Assembly (NCBI GenBank): GCA_963727525.1
Contig: CAVSGO010000007.1
Coordinates: forward strand, 1,152,001 to 1,216,000
Origin: an uncultured bacterium
GTDB lineage: Bacteria > Krumholzibacteriota > Krumholzibacteriia > LZORAL124-64-63
Length of the DNA stretch: 64,000 nt
Direction of reading: 5' to 3'
How positions within the stretch are numbered: the stretch's first letter is position 1; each line of letters begins with the position of its first letter. Shown one piece after another: positions 57,019 to 64,000 of this stretch. The notes below the pieces were generated by a model. It was not told the DNA's origin and made no database searches. It saw only the letters and a list, made by a program, of their open reading frames with translations. The position numbers and the translations under genes are program-made.

Positions 57019-58458
57019 TCAGCGAACCCGCTTGAAGACGTGCGTCAGCCCTTTCGACTCCACGAGAGGGCTGGTGGCGCCGATATCGAGCTTGGCGATC
57101 GTCGAGCGCAGTGGCTCGACCATATCCTTCGGATTCACCCACCCGATATCGCCCCCCTGCGCCGCTGTCGGCCCTGTCGAGAAGCGCACGGCCAGCGAGC
57201 CGAAGTCGTCGCCGCGCGCGAGCGCGACCTTGAGGCTGTCGGCCGCCCGCGGGTCACCGGTGACGATATGCATGAGATGCACCTTGCCGGTCTCGCGTGC
57301 GCTGGCGACCTGCGCCCCTTCCGTCGTCAGTTCCCGGCGCCATTGCGCGAGCTCGCCCTGGCTCGATGGGTCGCGCCGGTCGAGTAGGCCGACGACCTGC
57401 AGCGCATCGTCGTAGCGGCCGAGCTTCTCCAGGATCTGCCCCTTCACCACCAGACCCGACAGCTGTGACGAATCCTGCGCCACCGCGCGGTCGACCTCGG
57501 ACAGGGCTTGCTCCAGCTCGCCGACACCCTCGAGGTGGATACCATAGTTGAGGTGGCCGATCGGATCGTCGGGCGCCAGGGTGACGTAGCGCGCGAATTG
57601 CTCGCCTGCCTCGTCGACGTGGCCCTGGATCTCGAGCACGTTGGCCAGGTTGAAGCGGTGCCGCGGCTCCTCGGGCGCCATCTTCACCGCCTGACGAAGT
57701 GCCGCGAGAGCCGAATCGGGCTTGTTGGCCGAGAACCACGCCTCGCCAAGGCCTCCGTAGGTTTCACCGCTGGGTTGCATCGCCACGGCGCGCTGGAAAA
57801 TGCCCACAGCTTGCCTGGACTGGTGCGCCATGATCTTCAGTTCGCCCAGCGTCACCAGGTCCCCGGCATTCTCCCCCTCGACATCCATGGCGTCGCGGAG
57901 ATGCTCCGCCGCCTGGCCCCAGAGCTGCTTGCGCTTGGCGAGATTCGCGAGCAGACGGTGCAGCCAGGGTTCGTCCATACCCTGGATCTGGAGCTGGTTG
58001 AGCAAGTTGTAGGCCTTGGCGTCCTGGCCCCGGTTCATCGCCAGACGCGCCAAACCCTCGAGAATGCCGGCGTGGCGCTGGTCGAGCGCAAGACCCTTCT
58101 CCCACTCGGCCTCGGCGGAGTCGAGCTTGCCCGTGCCCAGAAGCGCACGGCCGTACCAGTAATGGGCGTCGGCATTGTCCGGCGCCAGCCGCGCCGCCTT
58201 CTCGCCGTAGTCCACGCCCGCCGCGTTGTCATCCTGCGACACCGCGATCACGGTGAGCGGCAGCAGTGCGTCCACGGAGTCGCCGGAGCGCTGCAAGCAC
58301 TCCTTCAGTGCCGGCTTCGCCGCGGCGTAATCCTGAGCCTTGAAGAGCCGCACCCCCTCGCCGCACGGGTCGGCCAGGGGAGCCATGGGTTGTGCACGGG
58401 CGGCGGTGGCGGCGAGGCAGAGCGCAAGGAGCAGGACGGACAGACGGTTCACGGACAT
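57019..58458 (-). CDS. secreted TPR protein with C-terminal parvulin-type PPIase domain
   Basis: Signal peptide, many TPRs, HLMHIV...FGSLAVRFS..PTAAQGGDIGW...SPLVES..GLTHVF. Confidence 0.85.
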   Translation of the reverse strand: MSVNRLSVLLLALCLAATAARAQPMAPLADPCGEGVRLFKAQDYAAAKPALKECLQRSGDSVDALLPLTVIAVSQDDNAAGVDYGEKAARLAPDNADAHYWYGRALLGTGKLDSAEAEWEKGLALDQRHAGILEGLARLAMNRGQDAKAYNLLNQLQIQGMDEPWLHRLLANLAKRKQLWGQAAEHLRDAMDVEGENAGDLVTLGELKIMAHQSRQAVGIFQRAVAMQPSGETYGGLGEAWFSANKPDSALAALRQAVKMAPEEPRHRFNLANVLEIQGHVDEAGEQFARYVTLAPDDPIGHLNYGIHLEGVGELEQALSEVDRAVAQDSSQLSGLVVKGQILEKLGRYDDALQVVGLLDRRDPSSQGELAQWRRELTTEGAQVASARETGKVHLMHIVTGDPRAADSLKVALARGDDFGSLAVRFSTGPTAAQGGDIGWVNPKDMVEPLRSTIAKLDIGATSPLVESKGLTHVFKRVR

Positions 58459-58519
58459 CCTCTCGGGTTTCGCGACGGTGACGCGCTGCAAACAACCCCG
58501 GATCCCGCTCCGGGTTCCC

Positions 58520-60175
58520 CTAAGCGATCCAGCGCCTCACCGGTCCGAGCCAGAATCCGCGGCTGGCCCACCACCAGCGCGGCTGATCGGGTCTCACCGC
58601 GCGGCGTGCCTCCACCAACCGTTCGGCGTCGGCGCCCCGGCCCTGGCGACGCCAGAGGCCGGCCAGCGGGACGATCCAGGCATCCGGCCACACCGCGGCG
58701 GGCGGCGCCGCCGCGCTACCCGCGGCCGCCGCAGCCACGAGCCAGAGCGCTCCGGTCTCCTCGTCGGCCGTTCCCACGTCGATCAGCGACTGCGCCAGCG
58801 ACAGGGCGGTGTCAGGTTGCCCATCGCGCAGCTCTCGATGAATGGCAAGCTGCTGCCAGGCCGCCGCTCCGGGCTGGTCCGCGGCCGCCTCCGGCGGAAC
58901 CTCGTCCGGCGCCTCGGGCGCCAGCCCCATCCGCACGGCGAGTCGCGCGCGCAGCAGCAGCAGACGTTGGTCCTGCCCGGCACTGCCGGGCCAGTGCGCC
59001 ACGCCGTGCTCCACACGATCGGTGAGGCCGAGCGTGAGCGCGTATGCCAGCGCGAGAAAGTGCAACTCCACGTCGCCGGTCCACAGCTCCATCAGCTCGT
59101 CGAGACGCGCGAGGCAACGATCGGGACGTTCGTCGGCGTCGTCGCACGCGGCCAGTAGCAGGGCCGCGCGTGCGAAGTGATGCGGGAGATCGTCCCAGCC
59201 CGCGAGAAGCCTGCGGCTCGCGTCGACATCGCCGAGCAGGAACGCCACCACCGCGCGCAGATAGGCCAGGAAGATCTCCTCGTGCCGGCCCGCGGCGCCC
59301 TCGGTGCGCGGCATGGCGTCGGCGAGGAAGTCGTGCGCCGCCGCGACGTCGCCCTGATCGGCGAGGATCAGGCCTTTCAGGCACACGGCCGTGCGATAGC
59401 GACCATTGATGGCCAGCGACGCGTCCACCTCGCGCAAGGCGTCGTCATCGCGTCCGACCTGGAAGAGTGCCGCAGCGTGTTTGGCACGGATGTCCGGATA
59501 CCGCGGGTGCTCGGCCGCGAGTTCGCCCAGCCGGGCGAGCCCCTGCTCCCACTCCCCCGCCTGGCAACGCGCCACGGCATCGGCGAGCCGATCTTTCAGG
59601 GCGTCTCCTGCCACCTCCTGGCGCAGGAGTCGCGGCAGATCGTTGGGCAGAGTCGTGGCGTCGAATCCGCCATCGCGGGCGAGCACGTCGAGCAGGCGGT
59701 GCGGCACCCGCCGACCCGACTCCACCAGAGCGTCGAGGCTATTCGCGGACTCGCGCTCGCGGTGTTGCGCCTGCAGCGCCGTCGCCTCGAGCAAACGCGC
59801 CTCGCAGTAGTCGGGATTGCGACGCAGCGCCTCGCGCGCCGCCGTGAGCGCGAGCGACCAGTCGCCCGCCAGACCGGCGGCCGCGCCGCAGAAGAATTGC
59901 AGGTCGGGAAATTCGGGCCAGGCGTCAGCAGCAGCCCGCAGGTCGTCGAGCGCACGCGCCGGTTCGCCGGCGCGTAGCAGCCGGCGCCCCTCGGACATGA
60001 GCGCCTTGCGCAGATAGAAGCCCGCGAGGGACCCCCGCGGGCTGCGATCGTCGAGCGCCCCTGCCTCCCGCAGCCGCGTGGCCGCCTCGGCGTAACGCCC
60101 CCCCTCGAAGAGCGCGATGCCCTCCGCGTAGGGATCACCGCCCCGACCACCGAAGAGCTTGCTGAAGATGGTCAT
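58520..60175 (-). CDS. TPR protein directly downstream of ftsZ
   Basis: Helical repeats with PEFPDL, NPDYCEA, HPRYPDI, NGRYRTA turns; start immediately after the ftsZ stop. Confidence 0.75.
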   Translation of the reverse strand: MTIFSKLFGGRGGDPYAEGIALFEGGRYAEAATRLREAGALDDRSPRGSLAGFYLRKALMSEGRRLLRAGEPARALDDLRAAADAWPEFPDLQFFCGAAAGLAGDWSLALTAAREALRRNPDYCEARLLEATALQAQHRERESANSLDALVESGRRVPHRLLDVLARDGGFDATTLPNDLPRLLRQEVAGDALKDRLADAVARCQAGEWEQGLARLGELAAEHPRYPDIRAKHAAALFQVGRDDDALREVDASLAINGRYRTAVCLKGLILADQGDVAAAHDFLADAMPRTEGAAGRHEEIFLAYLRAVVAFLLGDVDASRRLLAGWDDLPHHFARAALLLAACDDADERPDRCLARLDELMELWTGDVELHFLALAYALTLGLTDRVEHGVAHWPGSAGQDQRLLLLRARLAVRMGLAPEAPDEVPPEAAADQPGAAAWQQLAIHRELRDGQPDTALSLAQSLIDVGTADEETGALWLVAAAAAGSAAAPPAAVWPDAWIVPLAGLWRRQGRGADAERLVEARRAVRPDQPRWWWASRGFWLGPVRRWIA

Positions 60176-60176
60176 C

Positions 60177-61505
60177 TCAGTCCATGTACTTGCGCGTGTA
60201 TGCTGGCGCATTCAGGTCGTCCAGCAGAGCATCGCTGCGGAAACCGCCGCTCTTCGGCCGCGCAGGACGCAGTTCCTGCGCTTCGCCCACCGGCCTGAGG
60301 TACCGCTGCGACGTCTCGTTCGACGACTCCGTCGGCGCCTGCGGCATCACCACCTCGGGCTCGTCGCTGCCTCCGGCCGCGGCCATGGCCGCCATGGGCT
60401 CAGCTTCCTGCACAAGTTCAGGGTCCGGAGCGATCGCCGCAACCGGTTCGGGCACGACCTCGACGACAGGCTCGGGCTCCACCGATGCCAACACCACAGG
60501 CTCCGGCTCCGCCACGAACGGCCGACGGTACGCCGGCGTCGTCTGCGCGCTCGCCGGGAAGCCGGTGGCGATGACGGTGACCTGCAGCTCGTCGCCCAGG
60601 CTGTCGTCGTTGCCGTAGCCGAAGATGACGTGGGCTTGCGGGCCCGCCGCTTCCTGGATGTGCTGCATCGCACCCGAGGTGTCCATGAGCGTGACCTGCT
60701 TACCGACCAGATTCACGAGCACCGCCTGGGCGCCGTGGATGTCGACGTTCTCGAGCAGCGGCGAGGCCACGGCCGCGCGGGCGGCCTTGATCGCCCGCTC
60801 CTCGCCCGTCGCCGTGCCGGTACCCACGAGCGCCACGCCCATGCCCTGCATGACAGTGCGGACGTCGGCGAAGTCGAGGTTCACCACGGCCGGACGCGAG
60901 ATGATCTCGTAGATGCCCCGCGTGGCCTGGTAGAGCACGTCGTCCGCGGTGCGGAACGCTTCCTGCATGGTGGCCGTGGGCGACACGACCTCGAGCAGCC
61001 GCTGGTTAGGAATGACGATGAGCGTGTCCACATGCTCGCGCAGAGCGGCGATGCCGGCCTCGGCCTGGCGCCGCCGCACGTCGCCCTCGAAGAGGAATGG
61101 CTTGGTGACGATCGCCACGGTCAGCGCGCCAGCCGCCTTCGCCACCTCTGCCACCACCGGCGCGGCCCCCGTGCCTGTGCCGCCACCCATGCCGGCGGTG
61201 ACGAAGACCATGTCGGCCCCGTCGACGATGGACGCGAGGTGCTCGCGATCCTCCTCGGCCGCCTTGCGCCCGATCTCGGGATTCCCGCCCGCGCCGAGGC
61301 CTCGCGTCAAACGTGAACCGATAGCCGTAACCTGATGGGCTTTCGAGTCCTTCAGGACCTGCGCGTCGGTATTGATGGCGTGGAATTCGACACCGGAGAG
61401 CCCAGCCTCGATCATACGATTGACGGCGTTGCCGCCTGCCCCGCCGATGCCGAGCACCTTGATATTAGCCAGCCGCTCGGGGTTGTCGGCAAACTGGATA
61501 TTCAT
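60177..61505 (-). CDS. ftsZ: cell division protein FtsZ
   Basis: [38 protein letters not shown]-terminal [11 protein letters not shown]. Confidence 0.99.
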   Translation of the reverse strand: MNIQFADNPERLANIKVLGIGGAGGNAVNRMIEAGLSGVEFHAINTDAQVLKDSKAHQVTAIGSRLTRGLGAGGNPEIGRKAAEEDREHLASIVDGADMVFVTAGMGGGTGTGAAPVVAEVAKAAGALTVAIVTKPFLFEGDVRRRQAEAGIAALREHVDTLIVIPNQRLLEVVSPTATMQEAFRTADDVLYQATRGIYEIISRPAVVNLDFADVRTVMQGMGVALVGTGTATGEERAIKAARAAVASPLLENVDIHGAQAVLVNLVGKQVTLMDTSGAMQHIQEAAGPQAHVIFGYGNDDSLGDELQVTVIATGFPASAQTTPAYRRPFVAEPEPVVLASVEPEPVVEVVPEPVAAIAPDPELVQEAEPMAAMAAAGGSDEPEVVMPQAPTESSNETSQRYLRPVGEAQELRPARPKSGGFRSDALLDDLNAPAYTRKYMD

Positions 61506-61611
61506 ATTGGACCGCCTCCTCCTTGAGAAAGGTCCAGCCGCAGAGACTCCTTGTCTCATCTGATTGAATTAACACAAACGGAGCGATTGGCCAAGGGGAT
61601 TCTGGGAATGC

Positions 61612-62829
61612 TCAGCGCTTCTTTCCACCCAGCCAGTTCTTCAACCGGTCGACGACGCGCGTCGAACGTTCCGGAACCGACGGCGCTTGCGGCTCCACCG
61701 CGCCGGCGCCCGCCCACAGCGCAAGCCCCAGCGCGGTGGCCCACTGGCCCTCGCCAAGGTGCTCGGCGCCCGGCAGATCATCGGGCAGGAACCGCGGCTG
61801 CACGCTCATGCCGAAGACCTCCTCGCACAGCGGCACGCTGCCGTCGCAGCGGCTGCCGCCGCCGGTGAGGATGAGGCCGGCGGCGAGGTCGGTGAGAGGG
61901 CGATCGCTGCCGAGGTCGGACTTGACGAGGGTGAGGATCTCCTCGAGGCGGGGTTCGAGGATGGCGGCCACCAGCCCTGGCGTCTCCTGCGGGCGATCGT
62001 CATCGAACAGCACATCCAGCGATGCCGACTCCACCAGACTGCGCAGCGCGACGCCGCGGGCGCACTTGAGGCGCTCGGCCGCGTCGAGTTCCACGCGCAG
62101 GCCATGCGAGAGGTCGCGCGTCAGGTGCATGCCACCCCACGGCACGCTACCCACGCCCACGAGGCGGCCGGCGCGCAGCATGGCCCAGTGTGTCGCCAGA
62201 CCGCCAATGTCCACGAGCAGCACGCCCGCATCCTTCTCGGCCTCGGAAACGAGGCAAGCGGCGGCCGCGAGCACGTCGACCGCATGGCCGGCGGCCGTGT
62301 AACCCGCCGCGTCGATAGCCTGCTCGACATTGCGCACCACCGAGCGCGAGCCCGTGATGAGGTGCGCCTGCACCTCGAGCTGGCTGCCGGTACGGCCGCG
62401 CGGATCCACGATGTTGCCGACGCGATCCACCGTGTAGGACACAGGATTCACGGCAAGGATCTGGTGGTCGAACGGGATGGCGAGGCTGCGGGCCTTGGCG
62501 ATGACGGCCTCGATGTCGCGGTCGCGGATCGCGCGGGGCGCCGAGCCCACCTGCACCTGGCCGCGCGCCCACACCGAGCGCAGGTGCGGACCGGCGACGT
62601 TGTGGAAGAACGCCTCCACCTCCAGTTCGGCGGCCGACTCGAGGGCGCGCAGCGTGCGCTGGATGGCGCGGCTGCCGGCGCGCAGATCCACGAAGTCGCC
62701 GTCCTGAAACCCCGCGGCCCGTTCGCTTGCGGCGCCGAGCACGGCCAGCCGACCATCGTCGAGCACCTCGACGGCCACCGCACGAAAGACGGTGGTGCCG
62801 AAGTCGCAGGCGACGATGACGTGGCCCAT
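61612..62829 (-). CDS. ftsA: cell division protein FtsA
   Basis: DFGTT, DPRG..G..LEV..H.ITG, VDIGG, GG..LT.DLS, LTGGGS, C-terminal amphipathic helix. Confidence 0.93.
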   Translation of the reverse strand: MGHVIVACDFGTTVFRAVAVEVLDDGRLAVLGAASERAAGFQDGDFVDLRAGSRAIQRTLRALESAAELEVEAFFHNVAGPHLRSVWARGQVQVGSAPRAIRDRDIEAVIAKARSLAIPFDHQILAVNPVSYTVDRVGNIVDPRGRTGSQLEVQAHLITGSRSVVRNVEQAIDAAGYTAAGHAVDVLAAAACLVSEAEKDAGVLLVDIGGLATHWAMLRAGRLVGVGSVPWGGMHLTRDLSHGLRVELDAAERLKCARGVALRSLVESASLDVLFDDDRPQETPGLVAAILEPRLEEILTLVKSDLGSDRPLTDLAAGLILTGGGSRCDGSVPLCEEVFGMSVQPRFLPDDLPGAEHLGEGQWATALGLALWAGAGAVEPQAPSVPERSTRVVDRLKNWLGGKKR

Positions 62830-62832
62830 GAT

Positions 62833-63642
62833 CTACCTCGCGTCGGCGACCGGGGGTACGAAGGTGATACGATCGGAGAAGCGCAGGTCGACGTCGCTTC
62901 CGGCGGGCACCTGCGCCTGCGCCATGATATAGCGGTCGAGGCGCGCGCGGTAGTCCTCGCGGCCGACGCGCAGGCTACCGCGTCCGTCCTGGAGCACGAT
63001 CGCGAAGCCCTCGCGCCGGCAGAGCACGAAGTCGACCGGCGCCACCGCCTCGAGGCCGGTGGCGGCGAGCGCGTCGACGAGGGCGAGCACGTCGCTCACC
63101 GCCGGCTCCTGCAGCATCCCGTCGCTCGCGAGCCGCGCGTCGACGAGCACGGGCAGGCCCGGCGCCTCGAGGTGCGCCGGTACCGGGAGCACGCGGCCGT
63201 TCTCCAGCAGCAAGCGCGGTCGGCCTCCCGTCTTGGCGGCGGGTAACTCGAGGACGGGGCGCCACTCCCGGAAATCGACGACCACCGTGCCGGGCAGCCG
63301 CCGCCGTACGCGCAGGTCGCGCACCCAGGGCAGAGCCTGGAGCTGCGCCGCGACCTCGTCGGTGGAGAGGCGGAAGATGTTGTGGTGCAGGCAGCCTGCG
63401 AGGGCGCGCTGGAGCGCCGCCTCTTCGGTGTAGCGATAAGGTCCCGACTCCAGGCGCGTGACCGCGAAGAGGGGTGCCGTGAGCAGCCACCACACGGCGA
63501 CGCCGAGGGCCGCCGCGACCAGGACGGCGGCTGCCCCACGCCCCAGCAGGCGCCGGCGCGAGGCACCGCGCTTCTTGCGGCGCGCCATGCCACGCGTCCT
63601 CGTATCGGCGAATTCGCCGATGATGAGCGCCGGTCCTCTCAT
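62833..63642 (-). CDS. ftsQ: cell division protein FtsQ/DivIB
   Basis: Basic N-terminus, TM helix, POTRA (LPWVRDLRVRRRLPGTVVV), C-terminal VDLRF. Start overlaps the murC stop. Confidence 0.88.
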   Translation of the reverse strand: MRGPALIIGEFADTRTRGMARRKKRGASRRRLLGRGAAAVLVAAALGVAVWWLLTAPLFAVTRLESGPYRYTEEAALQRALAGCLHHNIFRLSTDEVAAQLQALPWVRDLRVRRRLPGTVVVDFREWRPVLELPAAKTGGRPRLLLENGRVLPVPAHLEAPGLPVLVDARLASDGMLQEPAVSDVLALVDALAATGLEAVAPVDFVLCRREGFAIVLQDGRGSLRVGREDYRARLDRYIMAQAQVPAGSDVDLRFSDRITFVPPVADAR

Positions 63643-64000
63643 GGCGTGGCCCGCTCGTCGAGATGCGAGGTGATCGTGTCCACGAGGCGACCGATGTCGC
63701 CCGCGCCGAGAGTGAGTAGCAGATCGCCAGACTGCACCTGATCGTCGAGCCACGCCGGCACGTCGCGCGGGCTCGCGAGGACGGTGACGACGCCGGCGTC
63801 CTTCTCGCGCAGGCCGTCGGCGATGAGATCGCTGGTCACGTCGCCTGGGTCGACTTCGCTCGCCGCATACACCGGCAGCAGGGCCACGGTGTCCGCACCG
63901 GCAAGGGAATCGGCGAACTCGCGCTGAAACCGCCGCGTGCGCGAGTAACGATGGGGCTGAAAGAGCACGGCCACGCGCCGGTCGAAGCTGCGCGCCACTT
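63639..64000 (-). CDS. murC: UDP-N-acetylmuramate--L-alanine ligase, 3' part
   Basis: FQPHRYSRT, VYAASE, GDLLLTLGAGDI; truncated by the window edge. Confidence 0.93.
   Translation of the reverse strand, partial: VARSFDRRVAVLFQPHRYSRTRRFQREFADSLAGADTVALLPVYAASEVDPGDVTSDLIADGLREKDAGVVTVLASPRDVPAWLDDQVQSGDLLLTLGAGDIGRLVDTITSHLDERATP

Noticed and set aside
61612-62829. FtsA as a pseudogene because of divergent motifs (ACDFGTTVF, DIGGLAT)
   Set aside because: It is full length with actin-fold motifs and the C-terminal amphipathic helix retained, in normal context.

Overview
High-GC bacterial chromosomal window. The gene content suggests an FCB-superphylum diderm such as a Krumholzibacteriota/Latescibacterota-like organism; this is inferred from the FlgD/T9SS-like C-terminal domains, C25 peptidases, Bacteroidetes/Chlorobi-type short sigma70 and murC-ftsQ-ftsA-ftsZ order. 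Housekeeping blocks are dapL-like/folB/folK/dNK/panB/panC, groES/groEL with a CIRCE element, valS/rodZ/uvrB/nadC/coaX, tlpA/dsbD, yigZ, a sigma factor, uppP, recG, rpmB and the end of the dcw cluster. The standout is a ~21 kb divergent locus (8869-29976). In it, poly-gamma-glutamate synthesis genes (pgsB/capB, pgsC/capC, a C-terminally extended pgsW) lie in a tightly packed 9-gene operon with a beta-helix protein, a gingipain-like C25 protein, an outer-membrane beta-barrel, an LVIVD/FN3/FGE-fold lipoprotein, a DUF1624 acyltransferase-like protein and a Lys-rich secreted protein. A second C25 protein is transcribed divergently. No capA, capD or capE is visible. Both C25 proteins have Trp in place of the gingipain catalytic His and share a new His motif. 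Other notable items are a 21-aa hydrophobic sORF behind a sigma28-like promoter and a degenerate MglA-like GTPase behind a near-perfect sigma54 promoter. No CRISPR, rRNA, tRNA or mobile element was recognised. All calls are from motif recognition by eye; no searches were run.
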